Assembly (NCBI GenBank): GCA_016861205.1
Contig: BOKX01000001.1
Span: 831,835 to 895,834, forward strand
Origin: Patescibacteria group bacterium
Lineage (GTDB): Bacteria; Patescibacteriota; Microgenomatia; UBA1400; PJMF01
Direction: 5' to 3'
Length of the DNA stretch: 64,000 nucleotides
The notes under the pieces were generated by a model. The model ran no database searches. It was not told the origin of the DNA and was given only the letters and a program-made list of their open reading frames with translations. This document shows positions 48,622 to 56,451 of the stretch, one piece after another; position 1 is the stretch's first letter, and each line of letters starts with the position of its first letter. Both the position numbers and the translations under genes were made by a program.

Positions 48622-48689
48622 TGGAGGTGAGGAGAATTGAACTCCCACGCCAGATTTCGGAGATCGGGCGCTGTACCAACAGCACCCCC
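48622..48689 (-). tRNA. non-canonical tRNA: anticodon CCG (Arg), alanine-type acceptor stem, reduced D arm
   Basis: GGGGGTG CTGTTGGTACAG C GCCCGAT CTCCGAA ATCTGGC GT GGGAG TTCAATT CTCCT CACCTCC A (68 nt, CCA not encoded); all four arms pair. Confidence 0.75.
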
Positions 48690-48836
48690 ACGATACGCTA
48701 AGTATGCCCAGGCAAGCTTGTCTCAACCTTGCAAAGGGGAGTTCGTGTCGCTTCTTTCATAACCAGGGCCACAAAAAACTCGCCTCGTCGTCCCCCGGTC
48801 TGACCAAGTATAATAGTAGGTTATGAACTTGCTCTA

Positions 48837-51800
48837 ATGCCGGTTCAGCACAGTCATATGGTGGACAGCCCAACCACAACCAGCGCTCCGTCCTCAACTC
48901 GCACCAAACAGCAAGTCTGGTTGAAGCGGCTGCAGATTCCTGCCATCAAAGATGGTCAACGCGACCAGTTCCTGACTGCTCTTCAGCAAATCATTACCTC
49001 GATTACCAACACCAACTTGAGCAAGGTCACGATCGTCGACCCGTTCCGACTAACGTTCGCCGGCAGCACTCGACCGGCTCAAAGTTACAGTGTTGAGTTC
49101 AAAAACCGCCCCACCGAAGGTGACACCGATCAAGCGGTGATCTCGGCCCAAACCGAGAAAATGTACCTCGATGACGTGGCGGTGCTCTTGCTGGACGTCG
49201 CTAACTGGATTGAGGCTGCATTTCCCAAGACTCCAGCGGCCAACCGATTTGCCAAAAACGACACGCTCGATAATGTACGTGAACTAGTGACCAACTCGTT
49301 CGAAGGGATTGAGCCTGATTTTGCCAAACTCAACACCAAACGAACTGAGCTGCTGAACTTAGCTGCTGAAATCAGCGAATCTCTGGAGAGCTTGATTACT
49401 TCCGCTGGCGAAACCACCAGTGGCTATGACAGTTTGCGGCCGTTGGTTGCAGAGCTGGAGCGTGACCCTGCTCAAGCTTTAGCCTTGTGGAGCAGCGATA
49501 TCTTGGTTTTGGCGCAAGCCGTTCGGGACACCAAACAGCTCCCTACCCAAGCCGTGGTCTCGGCTCAGCCGCTCAGCACCGTCCGGGCTGTGCACGGCAA
49601 CCGTTTTAGTCCGCCAGAAGTTCGGCTGGTTTTACACACCTTTAGTAAAGCACTGCAAACAATCTTCAAAGATAGCGACGGCACCAAGAAGTACCTCAAC
49701 CGATACTTAGCCAAAGAGAACCAAAATCGCCCAATCAACGCCATTCTCGATCCTCGAGATCTCGAGTTGTTATTGAGTGAGTCATCGCCATTTTTCTTCC
49801 GACCTGAGCTCAGCGCCGCCGATCTAGCTTTGGCTAGCGAACAGGAACTGCGTGATAGCGATATTCAACAAGCCCGCGCTTTTTACACTTTCTTTACCAA
49901 AAAAGAAGTCTTTGGTCGCATCTTCGGCAAAGAAACCCTCCCCGAACTAGCTGGTGAAGCAGGGACTGAGGCAGCTGCTGAGGCTGGTGGCAGTGAGGAG
50001 ACCAAGGAGGAAAAACCGCCCGAGACCACTACCCCGACACTCATCCAGTTCTCAACTGCCCTCAATGAAGTCAACATTCGCATCACCAATGCCATTATTG
50101 ATGAGCTTAACCTCAGAGGAATTGGGTCGGCTCGTTTGGAGCGCCTCGTTTGGCAACAACTCTTCAGCGACATGCTGCAAAGACTTGAGGGACGAGCCTA
50201 CTTTGATCTCCAGTCTGCAACTCTCGATCCACAAGGCAAGGTGTATGACGCTGCTACTCGCTCGGTCGTGAGCAACCTGTTCGAAATTTGGGCTGGGCAG
50301 TACGTACCGGTGGCAGTGGCCACTTTTATGCAGCGGATTGGCCAACCTGCTACCTATCGCCAAACTATCTTGTCGTGGGCCGAGACAGAAGTTGCTGTTT
50401 TTGAGGGTAAAATGGAACTGGCTCCCGAAGCCGTCCCCGTCAACAACGCCACTGTCCTACTCGCCCTCAGCAAATTAACTCAACTGGTTCAAACGGGCGA
50501 CCGCGGTATTCTTCCTGGTCGGGCTGAAGACTTCAACAGCAGTTGGTGGTCCCAGCTGCCACTGGCTGAGCGGCGGCGGCTGACGGCACTGGTGCTTGGT
50601 CCCACCATCGGAACAGGCGCTGAAAAAGTTCGGTTAGCGAACGCCCTGGCCATCAACTACTTTGGTAGCACCGACATGGGCTTTGATGGCTTTGACCCCA
50701 CCCAACTGACTGGTGGGCTGCGCGATCAATTCGTCCCGATCCAAAACTTGTTCCTCCAAAACATTGAGACAACTTTGGCTGAGCTGAACTACGAAGACTT
50801 TGTTCGCTGTCTCAACAATCCGACCTATGCTCGGTTGTTCGTCCTCAATCGAATTCGATCGAGGTTAAATCAAGATCCAAGATTCCAAGCTTCAGTCCAA
50901 GCTTTCTTACAGGCCCGCACCCAAGAACAGCGTCAAGCTGCCGCTAAAGCTCTGGCCGGTGACGCCGCGGCTGATGGCATTTTGGCCCTGCAACTTGACC
51001 AAAGTGTTGATAGTTTATTGGTCACCTTCCAGGATGAAACGAGCGCCAAACGGTTTGTTGACAGCTTGACACCCACAGAGATAGCCCGTCACTTCGGTCG
51101 CAGCCTCAGTGAAGAACAAGCCGCCCGGTTCAAAAAAGAACTCAACAAACTACTCAGTGAGCGCTACAAAACTGAAAATGCACTGTTGAATCAGCGGCTG
51201 CGTGGTGAAGGTTTGAGTCGTCAATCTGGTAACGTCGGTCTTTTCACGTACGATGACGACACCGACGCGGATGAACGCGAACAACTCCAAGATAGTCTTG
51301 ATCGCTATCGCGAAGTCCTGCGAACAGTCAATGTCCGGACCGTTATCTCGGCTGCTCACACTCCCTACTCATATGTGGTTGGCCAAACAGAACCGACCAC
51401 CGCTAACGAGGAGGCGATTGCCGAGTGGCGATACCGGCAAGCATTTGTCCAAAATCTTTGGAAAGAGCTTGAGTTGGCTGGCCTAACTGAAGCCGCCAAA
51501 GCCGATCCCAACTTTACTCCCTCGGTTCTCATCCAAGAACTTAATTCGAATCGTAAAAAGACCCTCAGTGCCAAAACCCTTGGTGGTCGAGCCAAAAACT
51601 ACTTCCACCGGCTACGCGGTGGCAAAGAAGAGACAGTTGGAAACGCGGTCCAAAAAGCCACAACTGGCGCTGCTGAAATGGCAGCTGCCCAAGCTGCCGG
51701 CATGGCCGTAAATGCTGCTGTGCCTGGATTGGGAACGGCTTTAAACGCCGTCAGTACTGGCCTTGAGCGACTTGGCATCAAGAAGCGCTATCAAGCCCTT

Positions 51801-53207
51801 GGTGGCTTGATGATTGTGCTCAACTTTCCGTTTACCTTCTTAGGAGCTGGGTTAGGAGCTGCCATCGGTGGCTTTTTCTTTGGACCTGCCGGCGCTAGCA
51901 TTGGTGCTGGCATCGGTGGCGGCATTGGTTTCGCAGCTGATGTTGTCTACAAAACTGGTGCCGATCTCTTGGGTGGCGCCAAAACTGCCTCGGCAGCTGG
52001 TCAAGCTTCGCTTGGCGAAGCCCAGAGCGTCCTCGGCGGGACCCCAGCGGCTGCCACACCCGCAACCACCACTGGAGCTGCCGCAGCAGCCACTCGAGTT
52101 CCGTTTATCGCTACCCCAACTGCACCAGTGGTCATTGCTACTGTGGGAACGGCTGTTGTTTCGACAGTCACCATCATGGCCATCCAGAACTCATTGATCG
52201 ATCCCCTGACCATTACTCCACAAGCTACCGAGTACTCGCAGTATGTTGAAATCAGCAAAAAAGTTTTACCAGCCCAGATCGAAAACAATCAAGCCACTGA
52301 TATTACCTATACCATTGAAATTACCCCGCGAGAAGACTACGTGATTGTGCCTGGTGTTGATCAAACCACCGACACGTTTTCATACCTAGGCGGCGATGCC
52401 CTCACCCTCCCCGACCAAACAGAAGCAGTCCGCCAGCAACTCGGCAGTGATCCTATTACTGGCAAAAAAACCATTACGTATACTGTGCCCGCTGTCAGCG
52501 GCGTAGATGTTCAGGTCAACAACAAGTTCCATTTTGTGTTCCAAGTTCAAGGCATTACCGGCGACGTCCAGGTTCTCGACGTGATTGGTTCATTAACAAT
52601 TGGTGATCCGGAGATTGGGTGTTTCACCTTTGCGGAAGGTGGTCAGACTTTTGGAGGTGGTGAGTTTGCCATTCAATCCAAAGCCTGGAATGATAAAGAC
52701 CGAACCCAAGTCTTGTCAGCCTTCAACCGCCGAGCCGGCACCAACTCTAACTATATTAGTTTATTGTGTGAGAAGGGCCCCGTCGAACTGTATCGACTCC
52801 CCGGTGGTGGTGGCGGTAGTTGTAACGGGGAATGTGGTGGTTGGGCACCAGCTGCCTACGGTGGCAACAAAGTTGGTATTTATGACCCCGGCGTTCAGTA
52901 CAGTATAGATAGTACTGAATACACCCTAGTTCATGAACTCGGCCATGCTATTGATTATCGCAACGGCAACCTGCGCACCAACTTTAATACCATCTGGTCA
53001 GGTCGCTGTTATACCTATCCATTCCCCGCTGTTTGTTCTTCTGGTAGTGGCGAGGCTTTCCCCGAAGCCATGGTGCTATACGTCATCTCAAAGACATATC
53101 GCTTCTCGATCAATGACGCACCTCAGTTATTCGACTTTCAAGGTCGGTACCAAGCTGAGTATAATTGGATGCGAGACAACATTTTTGGCGGACAAGAGTT
53201 TAATTAA
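48837..53207 (+). CDS. large T4SS-associated membrane protein with C-terminal HExxH zinc-peptidase-like domain
   Basis: Helical N-part, Gly/Ala-rich TM region, Ig-like beta region, VHELGHAID...EAFPEA. Confidence 0.75.
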   Translation: MPVQHSHMVDSPTTTSAPSSTRTKQQVWLKRLQIPAIKDGQRDQFLTALQQIITSITNTNLSKVTIVDPFRLTFAGSTRPAQSYSVEFKNRPTEGDTDQAVISAQTEKMYLDDVAVLLLDVANWIEAAFPKTPAANRFAKNDTLDNVRELVTNSFEGIEPDFAKLNTKRTELLNLAAEISESLESLITSAGETTSGYDSLRPLVAELERDPAQALALWSSDILVLAQAVRDTKQLPTQAVVSAQPLSTVRAVHGNRFSPPEVRLVLHTFSKALQTIFKDSDGTKKYLNRYLAKENQNRPINAILDPRDLELLLSESSPFFFRPELSAADLALASEQELRDSDIQQARAFYTFFTKKEVFGRIFGKETLPELAGEAGTEAAAEAGGSEETKEEKPPETTTPTLIQFSTALNEVNIRITNAIIDELNLRGIGSARLERLVWQQLFSDMLQRLEGRAYFDLQSATLDPQGKVYDAATRSVVSNLFEIWAGQYVPVAVATFMQRIGQPATYRQTILSWAETEVAVFEGKMELAPEAVPVNNATVLLALSKLTQLVQTGDRGILPGRAEDFNSSWWSQLPLAERRRLTALVLGPTIGTGAEKVRLANALAINYFGSTDMGFDGFDPTQLTGGLRDQFVPIQNLFLQNIETTLAELNYEDFVRCLNNPTYARLFVLNRIRSRLNQDPRFQASVQAFLQARTQEQRQAAAKALAGDAAADGILALQLDQSVDSLLVTFQDETSAKRFVDSLTPTEIARHFGRSLSEEQAARFKKELNKLLSERYKTENALLNQRLRGEGLSRQSGNVGLFTYDDDTDADEREQLQDSLDRYREVLRTVNVRTVISAAHTPYSYVVGQTEPTTANEEAIAEWRYRQAFVQNLWKELELAGLTEAAKADPNFTPSVLIQELNSNRKKTLSAKTLGGRAKNYFHRLRGGKEETVGNAVQKATTGAAEMAAAQAAGMAVNAAVPGLGTALNAVSTGLERLGIKKRYQALGGLMIVLNFPFTFLGAGLGAAIGGFFFGPAGASIGAGIGGGIGFAADVVYKTGADLLGGAKTASAAGQASLGEAQSVLGGTPAAATPATTTGAAAAATRVPFIATPTAPVVIATVGTAVVSTVTIMAIQNSLIDPLTITPQATEYSQYVEISKKVLPAQIENNQATDITYTIEITPREDYVIVPGVDQTTDTFSYLGGDALTLPDQTEAVRQQLGSDPITGKKTITYTVPAVSGVDVQVNNKFHFVFQVQGITGDVQVLDVIGSLTIGDPEIGCFTFAEGGQTFGGGEFAIQSKAWNDKDRTQVLSAFNRRAGTNSNYISLLCEKGPVELYRLPGGGGGSCNGECGGWAPAAYGGNKVGIYDPGVQYSIDSTEYTLVHELGHAIDYRNGNLRTNFNTIWSGRCYTYPFPAVCSSGSGEAFPEAMVLYVISKTYRFSINDAPQLFDFQGRYQAEYNWMRDNIFGGQEFN

Positions 53208-53230
53208 TTGCTTGATTCGCCAGCAACTAA

Positions 53231-53863
53231 ATGGCGTTCAGTTCAACTCAACCCAATCCCAACACTCCGCTCCAGCCGATCCCGTGGTGGAGAGAGTATT
53301 GGTGGATACTCGGCTTGATTGGTGTTGCTGTTCTCCTCGTACTGGCATTTCTCATCCAATTATTTGTAGCTGCTCGTTACCCCGTTAACCAAGAGAACAC
53401 CTGGAATGCCATCACTCCCGGTTACACAACTTTGTTTCAGGTTGAGAGTCGCCTGGGACAACCCATCAGTAAAACTAGAACGGCAGAAGGTACAAAAGTT
53501 ACCTATACTTCCCCCTTTAAAGCAATTCCGCATGAAGTCATCGCCGATCAACAAAATAAAGTCGTGTTTATCCGTGAACTGTTACCCGCTGATAGCACTC
53601 TCACTCTCGAAGAAGTTAAGGCAGAGTTCGGTGAACCAGATATGTCTTTGTTCCACACCACTATCGCCATCGGGCAACAAGCTCATGTTTTCTTGGCAAA
53701 AGGAGTTGTAGCCGTGGCAAATTTGAGTGATGGCCGAATTGAAGAAAAGTGGTACTTTGAACCCACCACCGCTGACGCATTTATGAATTCGTGGGGTAAA
53801 GACCTCAGTGAAGATGGGGCTGGCCCTGAAGAGTTTCCTGCTCCGCCTGAAGCCCAGCTCTAG
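53231..53863 (+). CDS. membrane-anchored hypothetical protein
   Basis: N-terminal TM; internal repeats resembling ITPG.TT..V...LG.P and EVKAEFGEP. Confidence 0.75.
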   Translation: MAFSSTQPNPNTPLQPIPWWREYWWILGLIGVAVLLVLAFLIQLFVAARYPVNQENTWNAITPGYTTLFQVESRLGQPISKTRTAEGTKVTYTSPFKAIPHEVIADQQNKVVFIRELLPADSTLTLEEVKAEFGEPDMSLFHTTIAIGQQAHVFLAKGVVAVANLSDGRIEEKWYFEPTTADAFMNSWGKDLSEDGAGPEEFPAPPEAQL

Positions 53864-53911
53864 GCAACTTTAAGCCTGCGGCATCACCTCTTTTCCTGCT
53901 ACAATCATAGT

Positions 53912-55054
53912 ATGCGAGAACATCCGATCCCTCAGGATGTGGTTGGTTATCGGTTTCACATTGTCGGTAACATGACCATCAAACAGTTCGCGGAAATCGG
54001 CGCGGGCTGTATCGTGGCGTTCCTCATTTACACCACCAACCTGTTCGACTTAATTAAGTGGCCCTTGATTGGTATCAGTGTGGCCATGGGTGCTATGGCG
54101 GCTTTTGTGCCGTTTGAAGAGCGCCCGCTCGATCACTGGTTGATCACGTTCATCAGAGTCATGTACAAGCCCACTCTGTTTTACTGGCGTCGGGAACCAA
54201 AAGTGCCGGAACCGTTTCTCTACCAACCCAACCAAGTCAAAAATACTACAACCGATCTCGACTTGAGCCCTGCGCGTCGCCAACGCATCAAAGAGTATTT
54301 GGGCACACTCAACCAGGGACAAGCTCCCGACCAACTCGAACTGATGGAACAGTCACGACTTCAAGAGATCATGATGGCGTTTCAAACCACACAAGGCGTG
54401 GGCTTGATTAAACAAGGACACCGAGCTACCCTGACCGTTCGCACACACAGTCTTAAGTCACTGCCCACTGACACCACCACAGCCCAGCCAGCACCAGCTT
54501 CGGTCACCGTTTTTGAAACACCCGCCTCCTCTGGGCTACCCACCAGCACCTCTTTGGCTGCCAACAAACAGCTTCTGGGCGTTCATCAGGTGGCCACTTC
54601 CATTGAGATTCCCGAGGCACCAACGGTAAACTTGCAATCTTCCCAACTCACCACAGATGAGGCAACAGCCATCAATGCAACCCAGGCACCTGCTGATGAG
54701 CGCGCCTATACTGATGTGGCAGCAACCCCAGCAATCGTGGGAACGGCTTCACCTGCCGAGTTGAACGCGAACCTACCCTTTCCCACGCGCCCATCCGAAC
54801 CCAACAAACTGGTAGGAATGGTGTTGACTCCCACAAACGAACTTATCAACGACGCAATTGTTGAAATTGGCACCCCGCAGGGGCTCGTGGCTCGAGCGGT
54901 AAAAACGAACGCACTTGGCCAATTCTTTGTCACCACCCCCTTGCCGTCAGGTGAGTACACCATCAGCGTTGATAAAGAAAACTATCAATTCTTGCCCCAA
55001 TCACTCAGCTTGACCGGTCAGGTCGTCGATCCAATCGAGATTCGCAGTCTGTAA
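53912..55054 (+). CDS. PrgI-family (VirB3-like) protein with C-terminal carboxypeptidase-regulatory-like beta domain
   Basis: HPIPQDVVGYRFHIVGNMTIKQF, two TMs, RPLDHWL; C-terminal KTNALGQF...GEYTISVDK. Confidence 0.85.
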   Translation: MREHPIPQDVVGYRFHIVGNMTIKQFAEIGAGCIVAFLIYTTNLFDLIKWPLIGISVAMGAMAAFVPFEERPLDHWLITFIRVMYKPTLFYWRREPKVPEPFLYQPNQVKNTTTDLDLSPARRQRIKEYLGTLNQGQAPDQLELMEQSRLQEIMMAFQTTQGVGLIKQGHRATLTVRTHSLKSLPTDTTTAQPAPASVTVFETPASSGLPTSTSLAANKQLLGVHQVATSIEIPEAPTVNLQSSQLTTDEATAINATQAPADERAYTDVAATPAIVGTASPAELNANLPFPTRPSEPNKLVGMVLTPTNELINDAIVEIGTPQGLVARAVKTNALGQFFVTTPLPSGEYTISVDKENYQFLPQSLSLTGQVVDPIEIRSL

Positions 55055-55177
55055 AAAAAACTCACTACCAACTAAAATTTGCCCCCGCTACAGCAAATGC
55101 TTGCTTTGGTCTCCTGAACACTGGACCGAATGAGTACTTCACACAGCCTAGAGAGATTCCGCTATAATGATGCTGTC

Positions 55178-56407
55178 ATGCCGACGACACCGTCTGTCCA
55201 GTCCACCACCCAACAGTTTTTGGATATCTACGATATCACCAACGACCTCTTGATCATGAAGGACGGCAGTACCGCCTTAATTATCACGGTGAATGCCATT
55301 AATTTTGGTCTGTTTGCTGAAGAAGAACAGGATGCGGTTATTTACTCGTATGCTAGCTTACTAAACTCGCTGAACTACCCCATTCAAATTGTCGTTAAAT
55401 CCCAAACCAAAGACGTGACTGCTTACCTTCAGCTACTTAAAGATCAAGAAGACGAAACTCAAGATATGGAAAAGAAGGAGCGCATCAAGCGCTACCGCAT
55501 GTTTGTCGGTGACCTCATTCATGAGGGCAATGTTCTCGATAAAAAGTTCTATGTGGCGATTCCCGCCACGGCGCTGGAAATGGGCTTGCTCCCACCCCAG
55601 ACCGTCATTCCTGGTGTAAAAAAGGTGGACATTTCATCAGTTGAACGCAGTGTCATCTTGCAAAAAGCTCGCGACATTCTCGAACCAAAGCGAGATCACT
55701 TGATTGGCCAGTTTGCCAGAATTGGTTTGCAGGCTCGCCAATTGACCACTCAAGAAATCATTCAGCTGTTTTACACTAGTTACAATCCTGAGGCCGCCGA
55801 AGGTCAGCAAATTACTGACACCCGGAGTTACACTACTCCCTTAGTGAATGCTCAAATGCAGAGTTCCGGTCTCCAGCCCGCCGCAACTCAACCAGTACCA
55901 ACTACCGTACAAGGAGTCGACCCTATGTTAGCGACTACCACCCCTCCTACCAACCAAGCCCCTGGCAACACGCCCACCCCGGCCCCAATGCCTGAGACTG
56001 CGCCAGCTATGACGCCGCCGGTTGCACCAGTTCCAGTGGCACCAGCTGCGCCAATCGTTAGTGACAACCCTGCGGTGCCCACGCCACCTCCAGCACCAAG
56101 CATGCCACCAGCTATGCCACCGGCTAGTCCCGCACCCACCCCAATCCCAACTCCGGTCCCAGCCCCGATGAGCCCACCAGCTCCAACTCCAACTCCAGCT
56201 CCAGTGGCACCGCCAGTGGTCCCTACCATTGAAGCGCAAGCTGACATTGACTCAGCGCTTAAAGAGTTGGGTGGCGCTACTCCAGCGGCACCAGCTGCTG
56301 AGAGCAGTTCCGGCATGGCCGTCCCACCCAGTACCCCACCGGGACCGGCCCCAGCAGACAATCCAGCGGCTGGCGCGGGTGCTATGCCACCCCTACCAGA
56401 GATTTAA
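55178..56407 (+). CDS. conserved T4SS protein preceding VirB4, long Pro-rich tail
   Basis: STTQQFLDIYDITND, AINFGLFAEEEQDAVIYSYASLLNSLNYPIQIVV; start 9 nt after TATAAT. Confidence 0.8.
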   Translation: MPTTPSVQSTTQQFLDIYDITNDLLIMKDGSTALIITVNAINFGLFAEEEQDAVIYSYASLLNSLNYPIQIVVKSQTKDVTAYLQLLKDQEDETQDMEKKERIKRYRMFVGDLIHEGNVLDKKFYVAIPATALEMGLLPPQTVIPGVKKVDISSVERSVILQKARDILEPKRDHLIGQFARIGLQARQLTTQEIIQLFYTSYNPEAAEGQQITDTRSYTTPLVNAQMQSSGLQPAATQPVPTTVQGVDPMLATTTPPTNQAPGNTPTPAPMPETAPAMTPPVAPVPVAPAAPIVSDNPAVPTPPPAPSMPPAMPPASPAPTPIPTPVPAPMSPPAPTPTPAPVAPPVVPTIEAQADIDSALKELGGATPAAPAAESSSGMAVPPSTPPGPAPADNPAAGAGAMPPLPEI

Positions 56408-56451
56408 TACGACTAGCATCATCCCAAGCTGGTGACGTACAATAAGAAGTA

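Noticed and set aside
48538-48682. Prophage/island att duplication, IS inverted repeats or a trans hammerhead ribozyme
   Set aside because: The copy is inverted and covers the D and anticodon arms rather than the 3' end; no integrase or transposase is nearby; the loop lacks CUGANGA and the target lacks an NUH site
48622-48689. tmRNA (ssrA), because the GGGGGTG...CACCTCCA ends with G3.U70 look like its tRNA-like domain
   Set aside because: The ends are only 68 nt apart in normal order, with a 7-nt anticodon loop and no tag reading frame or pseudoknots; the order does not fit a permuted two-piece tmRNA
48454-48726. 90-aa minus-strand ORF from the ORF track
   Set aside because: It overlaps the tRNA-like gene, promoter and terminator and has no protein-like features
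55888-56361. Gly/Ala-rich minus-strand ORFs (also 43899..44369 on + and 52001..52288 on -)
   Set aside because: Antisense shadows of Pro/Ala/Thr-rich coding sequence
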